Shown in pieces: positions 10,128 to 14,506 of a stretch of 14,506 bases of DNA. The translations under genes and the position numbers were made by a program. The DNA lies in IMG/VR virus record IMGVR_UViG_2554235189_000015, positions 1 through 14,506 of that record; one strand, given 5' to 3'. The DNA comes from a virus. Taxonomy: Duplodnaviria; Heunggongvirae; Uroviricota; Caudoviricetes. Under the pieces are notes generated by a model. The model was not told the origin of the DNA and searched no databases. It worked only from the letters and a program-made list of their open reading frames with translations. The first letter of the stretch is position 1. The number at the start of each line of letters is the position of its first letter.

Positions 10128-10197
10128 ATGGCTAACTCTCCTTAGTTTTTCACAGGATATCATGAAGGAAATGCCATTTTAGCCGGAAACTAGATTT

Positions 10198-10464
10198 CTA
10201 TGTTTCCTTTTTATTATTGCTATACATGGTCTTAAGCGTTTCAAAAACCATTTTCTTAACCATATCAGATTGTTGTTCTGCCATACGCTCTGCATCGTCA
10301 ATGTAAACGGATGCAGAGCTTTGTTTAGCCAATGATTCTTCAATCGCTGCAATTATCTCTGAGTTCAGCGACCTGTTATTCATCTTCGCACGCTGCTTAA
10401 TTTTCGCGTGGAGTTCATGCGGAAGTCTCAAGTGAAACTGCGCCTCGTCGTATTTGCTGTACAT
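10198..10464 (-). CDS. mnt: Mnt-like ribbon-helix-helix repressor
   Basis: Clear similarity to the recalled P22 Mnt sequence: FHLRLPHELHAKIKQRAKMNNRSLNSEI versus FNFRMPMEVREKLKFRAEANGRSMNSEL, and DDAERMAEQQSDMVKKMVFETLKTMY versus NDAERLADEQSELVKKMVFDTLKDLY. Start placed at the internal Met (10464, 88 aa, GGTGAGG about 9 nt upstream), which aligns with the Mnt N-terminus. The alternative start at 10497 would give 99 aa. Confidence 0.85.
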   Translation of the reverse strand: MYSKYDEAQFHLRLPHELHAKIKQRAKMNNRSLNSEIIAAIEESLAKQSSASVYIDDAERMAEQQSDMVKKMVFETLKTMYSNNKKET

Positions 10465-10585
10465 CCTTGATGCCTCACCAGTTGGGTGGAATGGCATCGT
10501 AACCTACTGGATAAATACTCAATAGTACCATTTCTGTATGCAATCACATCATGGTTGCATCATATCATTCGTCTGGAGCAATGAA
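10465..10585. promoter_or_regulatory. Divergent intergenic region between mnt-like gene and tailspike; candidate promoter/operator region
   Basis: About 120 bp of non-coding DNA between divergent genes. Contains the inverted repeat ATGCAA-N11-TTGCAT (10538-10560), a CACC-N5-GGTG element (10476-10488) and a GGAG SD (10575-10578) for the tailspike. No confident -35/-10 pair could be assigned by eye. Confidence 0.3.
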
Positions 10586-12652
10586 ATGTCAGATATCACC
10601 GCAAATGTTGTGGTAAGCATGCCTTCGCAACTCTTCACTATGGCGCGTTCTTTTAAAGCGGTTGCCAATGGCAAAATTTATATCGGTAAAATTGACACTG
10701 ATCCGGTAAATCCTGAAAACCAGATTCAGGTTTATGTGGAAAACGAAGACGGTTCTCACATTCCTGTTTCGCAACCAATCATCATTAACGCTGCTGGTTA
10801 CCCGGTATATAACGGGCAGATTGCCAAGTTCGTAACTGTGCAAGGCCATTCTATGGCTGTATATGATGCGTATGGTGCGCAGCAGTTCTATTTTCCTAAT
10901 GTGCTGAAGTATGACCCTGACCAACTAAGACAGGAGTTAGATGGTGTTGGTGGGGTTAATTTAGTAAATGGGGCATTACATGGTGCCATGGATTCAGATC
11001 CAAATGTTGGTTTTAAAATCACCACATCCTCAGGTGAGATTTACGAATATGCTCCGGGAATTACAGGTCTTGCCGATGGGTTTTCGGTATCAGCATCACA
11101 GTTATATTTAACAAGGAATGGCCTATCTTATAAATACTCTTCACCTCATAACACACTGGTTTGGCCATCTCAGTATATCGATACGAGTGCTGATGCGAAA
11201 TATTCAATTGAATCTATTATGGCGCACGGATTGAATGTGGACCTTAACGGAACTACAGTTAAAGCCAGCACCATTAATATTACGAAAGATTTGATTAATG
11301 GTGAAATTGTTGCTATCGGAGATGAAGGATCATTTATAACAGTAAACTCATGCATGCTTAACAATATTAAAGTTAACTGCAATATGATGGCAATTAGAAG
11401 GCCTGTTCATATCAAAACAGGGGCTGTTAATCCAGTAGTTAAGAATGTTGATGTTTTTGATAGTAATGGTTCTCAACTAACTTATGGTATTTTCATAGAT
11501 GCAAATTCTGTATTGAATTTTGTCGTTGATAACATATCAATACATAATATTACCACCATTGGAAATGGTATTCAGGGTGATGTAATTGGGCCATGTCGAG
11601 GGATTCTTGTAGGAACGGCACTTGATCCAGTACCATCAAATGATGATGAGGTATCAAGTGGAGTTATAAGTAACGTAAGGATTTACAAGCTAAACCCTTG
11701 GGAAGATGCTGATGGTGTTGTTATTCAGATTTACAACTCATCATCAAATATGCTCAGCGGGAAGAAAATAAAGGTTGATGGCGTTTATACTTACAATGCA
11801 CTTAAGCGAGCAGTCAAAGTTCAGGCCAATGATGTTACAGTAACAAATGTATTTGCGGTTTGTGATGACGCCTCAGCAACTAACCCTATGTATAGTTGTG
11901 TTAGTGTTTATGGTAGTTCCTGTGTTGTTCGTGGTGTTAGTGGGCGAGGAAGGATTGGCAATGGTGTTGATTCATCTGATGGGTTCAATACTATCAGTGA
12001 TGTTTATCTTAAGACGACAGCAACCTATGAGCTAAGCGCAGGTCTACAGATAACTTCCGGGCAGGTAAACGCGAATAACATTCACTCTGAAGGATCAAGA
12101 TACATAGTCGCAATTCGGGCAGTTAATAACACAACACCGTATGTAAATATTAATGGCATATATGGGCAAGGTTATGACGGGGCGATTTTGTTAGAAATCA
12201 GATACGGATTTAATATTGGTAATGTTTACTTAAGTGATATTTCAGTATCAAGTTCAAATCCCACAAGGTCTTCATTCTTCTTTGATATATTATCAGGTGG
12301 AAGTATATCTCTGATCAGCGTGTCAGACGTCAAGAGAATCAGTCAGGCATTTAACGGAGCAGATATAAACATTTCTGGTGGGGTTGCAAAAGCTATTGTT
12401 AAAAATTCAGTTTTTGAGAGTGGTTCGTCAAGCGTTGGTGTATCAATGACAACTGGTACTTTAGTTGCATCAAATATATCAGCACAAAGTAAATCTTATG
12501 CTGTCAACGCTGTACAAACCACAAATTCACTTATAAATAACATTGATGGAATCGTTAGGGTTGATAGCACAACCAACAGTAATGTCGGCCTTTACAGAGG
12601 GATTACCTCTGTTGGGACTAACACAGGACTGAAAACTGTTTTCTATCAATAA
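10586..12652 (+). CDS. Tailspike protein: P22-type head-binding N-terminal domain plus divergent receptor-binding/depolymerase domain (predicted beta-helix)
   Basis: The N-terminus from Met 10586 ([57 protein letters not shown]...[13 protein letters not shown]...NVLKYDPDQ) matches the recalled P22 gp9 head-binding domain. GGAG lies 7 nt upstream. The remaining roughly 570 aa are AT-rich and rich in Asn/Ser/Val/Ile/Gly, as in parallel beta-helix depolymerases. The track start at 10538 adds 16 non-homologous residues and was not used. Confidence 0.9.
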   Translation: MSDITANVVVSMPSQLFTMARSFKAVANGKIYIGKIDTDPVNPENQIQVYVENEDGSHIPVSQPIIINAAGYPVYNGQIAKFVTVQGHSMAVYDAYGAQQFYFPNVLKYDPDQLRQELDGVGGVNLVNGALHGAMDSDPNVGFKITTSSGEIYEYAPGITGLADGFSVSASQLYLTRNGLSYKYSSPHNTLVWPSQYIDTSADAKYSIESIMAHGLNVDLNGTTVKASTINITKDLINGEIVAIGDEGSFITVNSCMLNNIKVNCNMMAIRRPVHIKTGAVNPVVKNVDVFDSNGSQLTYGIFIDANSVLNFVVDNISIHNITTIGNGIQGDVIGPCRGILVGTALDPVPSNDDEVSSGVISNVRIYKLNPWEDADGVVIQIYNSSSNMLSGKKIKVDGVYTYNALKRAVKVQANDVTVTNVFAVCDDASATNPMYSCVSVYGSSCVVRGVSGRGRIGNGVDSSDGFNTISDVYLKTTATYELSAGLQITSGQVNANNIHSEGSRYIVAIRAVNNTTPYVNINGIYGQGYDGAILLEIRYGFNIGNVYLSDISVSSSNPTRSSFFFDILSGGSISLISVSDVKRISQAFNGADINISGGVAKAIVKNSVFESGSSSVGVSMTTGTLVASNISAQSKSYAVNAVQTTNSLINNIDGIVRVDSTTNSNVGLYRGITSVGTNTGLKTVFYQ

Positions 12653-13204
12653 TTATATATAACCTTTTGATGTTTTATATGATGTTATCTTGGCAGGGAC
12701 GCCAGCAATAGTGCAATTTCCATCTTTAAAATCTTTGTTAACGACTGCATTCGCGCCTATTGCACAATTGTCACCTATAACTATCTTTCCGTAAATTTTT
12801 GCTCCAGGACCAATGTAGCAATTATCACCAATTACAGGGGATTCAAGTCCTGCTCCAGCTGATGTGCCAATATTCGTACCTACATGAATTCGGCAATTTG
12901 CACCTATCCTGGCTCCTGCGTTAACAACTATGTTACCATAATGTGGTATTGATAACCCTGGACCAAAGGTATTGATAGGTATTGAAAATCCAAGTTTCAT
13001 TTGAATTTTGCGTAACCTAAGTCTTGTAATCAGAATTAAAACTTTATTTCCTTTGCAATTAGTAAGATACTCCAACCTCCTTAGCAATCTAAGGAATCTC
13101 CATATATCGTTGAATATTATATTTTTTAACCTTGACCCCTGAAGCCTCATAGCCTTTTCGTCAAGGAGAAGGTATGACTTGTAATCTTCCTTGCTGCTTA
13201 TCAT
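12653..13204 (-). CDS. Hexapeptide-repeat (left-handed beta-helix) acetyltransferase, CysE/WcaB/NeuO-like; candidate lysogenic-conversion enzyme
   Basis: The C-terminal half has tandem hexapeptide motifs typical of LbH acyltransferases (NAGARIGANCRIHVGTNIGTSAGAGLESPVIGDNCYIGPGAKIYGKIVIGDNCAIGANAVVN). Strongly AT-rich. Lies between the tailspike and int/att, where P22 has gtrABC and Sf6 has oac. Start is uncertain: Met at 13204 is preferred (184 aa, weak SD); the track start at 13258 adds an odd hydrophobic leader. Confidence 0.8.
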   Translation of the reverse strand: MISSKEDYKSYLLLDEKAMRLQGSRLKNIIFNDIWRFLRLLRRLEYLTNCKGNKVLILITRLRLRKIQMKLGFSIPINTFGPGLSIPHYGNIVVNAGARIGANCRIHVGTNIGTSAGAGLESPVIGDNCYIGPGAKIYGKIVIGDNCAIGANAVVNKDFKDGNCTIAGVPAKITSYKTSKGYI

Positions 13205-13348
13205 TCTATGCTCGCCAGAAATGTGAATAGGTGTAAAGATTAAGAAAAACCTCAACATTTTGCAAGATTAAGGTTAATCATAGTAAATGACAGTTGATCT
13301 GAATGCGCCTTAAGACTACTGTGTATGCATGCAGTGATGTAGGTGGCA
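13205..13348. promoter_or_regulatory. Spacer between acetyltransferase and int 3-prime end: candidate attP region / acetyltransferase promoter
   Basis: In P22-like genomes attP lies between the conversion locus and the 3-prime end of int. This AT-rich spacer contains a 9-bp direct repeat AAGATTAAG (13236-13244 and 13264-13272) and a related TTAAGA at 13310-13315. No tRNA-like core could be recognised by eye. Confidence 0.25.
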
Positions 13349-14506
13349 CTACCCCTCCTTTTCATCAAGCCAATCCGCCCACCACTGCATCATTTCTCTG
13401 CGCTTATCGAGATACTGAGCATGGTTGTAAATTCCACGCACAGAACCGCCGTTGGCATGTGCCAGTTGCACTTCAATGGCGTCGGCAGGCCATTCGTGCT
13501 CGTTCATAATTGTGCTGAATTCATGCCTGAATCCGTGACCGCTTTCCAGACCCTCATAGCCGATTTGTTTGATCACAAGCAATACCGCGTTCTCGCAGAT
13601 TGGCTTCTTCTTATCGTTGCGCCCGGCAAAAACAAACTCTGATACTGGTTTGGTGATTGAGCTTAGCGTAGTGAGAAGTTCAACCACCTGGTCTGACATA
13701 GGAACCACATGAATTTTGCGTCCCTTCATCACACTGGCGTCGATGGTGATAATCCTGTTTTCAAAATCGACGTTCTTCCATAGCATGGAACGAAGCTCTT
13801 TCGTTCTTAGGGCTGTGTAGCGTAAAATTTTAGTAGCAATGAGCGATACGATACTTCCTGAAAATGTTGCAAGTGCTTTGTTGAATGCCGGGATCTGGTC
13901 GGCAGGTAAAAATGGGAAGTTCTTCTTGCGGTATCCCTTCATGGCGTCAGCAAGGTCAGGTGCCGGGTTATATTTAGCCCTACCAGTGACAATAGCGTAA
14001 CGGAAAACCTCGCCGCATCTTCTGCGGGCTTTGTTGGCTCGCTCCATTGCACCGCGATCTTCAAATCTGCGGATTACTTCCAGCAGTTGCATCGGCTCAA
14101 TATCCTGAATCTCAAGGCCGCCGATGATGGGTAAAATGTCGTCATCAAACATTTTGGCAAGTTCAGTTGCATAGCCTACTGACCAGACTTGCTTCTTGTG
14201 CTCGTACCATTCCTTGTAAATCGCACTAAATGAATTGTTGTTAGACGAAGCCTTTTTCGCTTTTACCGGATCGATGCCAACCGAGATGTCTTTCCTCGCA
14301 GTCCATGCTTTATCCCTTGCCTCCTGCAAAGTCATAAGTGGATATTTTCCGACGGTCAGGATTTTCTCCTTACCGTCAATCTTGTAGCGAAGCTGCCATA
14401 CCTTTTTCCCGGATACAGGGACATAAAGGTACAGGCCATTACCATCGAGAAGGCGGTATGGTTTTTCTTTCGGCTTTGCTGCTTCAATCTGCTTAACGGT
14501 GAGCAT
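13349..14506 (-). CDS. int: Tyrosine integrase (P4/P22 family), apparently full length
   Basis: 385-aa ORF. The N-terminus (MLTVKQIEAAKPKEKPYRLLDGNGLYLYVPVSGKKVWQLRYKIDGKEKILTVGKYP) is the typical arm-binding domain of P4-type integrases. The C-terminus carries the catalytic region (HGFRHEF ... LAHANGGSVRGIYNHAQY). The ATG is the reverse complement of the last three bases of the window. Confidence 0.92.
   Translation of the reverse strand: MLTVKQIEAAKPKEKPYRLLDGNGLYLYVPVSGKKVWQLRYKIDGKEKILTVGKYPLMTLQEARDKAWTARKDISVGIDPVKAKKASSNNNSFSAIYKEWYEHKKQVWSVGYATELAKMFDDDILPIIGGLEIQDIEPMQLLEVIRRFEDRGAMERANKARRRCGEVFRYAIVTGRAKYNPAPDLADAMKGYRKKNFPFLPADQIPAFNKALATFSGSIVSLIATKILRYTALRTKELRSMLWKNVDFENRIITIDASVMKGRKIHVVPMSDQVVELLTTLSSITKPVSEFVFAGRNDKKKPICENAVLLVIKQIGYEGLESGHGFRHEFSTIMNEHEWPADAIEVQLAHANGGSVRGIYNHAQYLDKRREMMQWWADWLDEKEG

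Larger units (their letters stand above)
1..14506. mobile_element. Segment of a P22-like (Sf6-subgroup virion module) temperate phage or prophage: late structural operon, immI-like accessory island, tailspike, conversion-type acetyltransferase, integrase
   Basis: Gene order and sizes follow the P22/Sf6 late operon (scaffold, coat, gp4, gp10, gp26, gp14, gp7, gp20, gp16, then sie/mnt region, tailspike, conversion locus, int). Several products are recognised from recalled P22 protein sequences. Not confirmed by any search. Confidence 0.9.

Noticed and set aside
10128-10197. Possible terminator or promoter in the 70-bp spacer between mnt and the lipoprotein
   Set aside because: It holds only a short imperfect palindrome (AAATG-G-CATTT) with no GC-rich stem or U-tract. 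The spacer is better explained by the strong SD of the lipoprotein and co-transcription with mnt.
10465-10497. Longer N-terminal extensions proposed by the track for Mnt (10497), the lipoprotein (10163), the tailspike (10538) and the acetyltransferase (13258)
   Set aside because: Internal Met codons have better SD spacing and, for Mnt and the tailspike, align with the N-termini of recalled P22 homologues. For the lipoprotein the internal Met begins a canonical signal peptide. The extensions encode atypical residues. The acetyltransferase start remains genuinely ambiguous.
12990-13060. Searched the 5-prime part of the acetyltransferase for NeuO-type heptanucleotide (AAGACTC) contingency repeats
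   Set aside because: Only a single near-unit (AAGACTT around 13015-13021 on the coding strand) and an A6 homopolymer (13123-13128) are present. There is no tandem array, so no evidence for slipped-strand phase variation or for identity with neuO.
7936-13642. Further shadow ORFs in the accessory half (7936..8148 -, 8544..8747 -, 9287..9526 -, 9776..9964 +, 10589..10924 -, 11170..11382 -, 11847..12035 +, 13303..13509 +, 13343..13642 +)
   Set aside because: Antisense to gp16-like, lipoprotein, tailspike or integrase genes, with no independent support.
1-14506. CRISPR arrays, rRNA, tRNA genes, IS elements or transposase genes
   Set aside because: No spaced direct-repeat arrays, no rRNA-like or cloverleaf-forming segments, and no transposase-like ORFs or terminal inverted repeats were seen on either strand.

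Overview
This window is the late (virion assembly) region and the right-hand accessory end of a P22-like temperate podovirus or prophage, most likely from an enterobacterial host. All calls rest on reading the ORF track, on start-codon context seen in the sequence, and on protein similarities recalled from memory; no database search was run. On the + strand, in canonical P22/Sf6 order: the C-terminal end of an upstream gene (probably portal), scaffolding protein, a 423-aa coat protein, a hairpin terminator, a small ORF, then homologues of P22 gp4, gp10, gp26 (tail needle, with an Sf6-type C-terminal knob extension), gp14 and the three ejection proteins gp7/gp20/gp16. After these comes an immI-like accessory island on the - strand: a lipoprotein in the position P22 uses for sieA, and an Mnt-like ribbon-helix-helix repressor with no arc or ant partner. 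The tailspike (+) has a conserved P22-type head-binding N-terminus fused to a visibly AT-rich, divergent receptor-binding domain. It is followed tail-to-tail by an AT-rich hexapeptide-repeat acetyltransferase (-), sitting where P22 carries gtrABC and Sf6 carries oac, then a short repeat-containing spacer (candidate attP), then a complete P4/P22-type tyrosine integrase (-) whose start codon is the last three bases of the window. The most interesting candidates are the acetyltransferase with its tailspike (a probable surface-polysaccharide conversion/recognition pair) and the lipoprotein (a candidate superinfection-exclusion factor). No CRISPR array, rRNA or tRNA was found.
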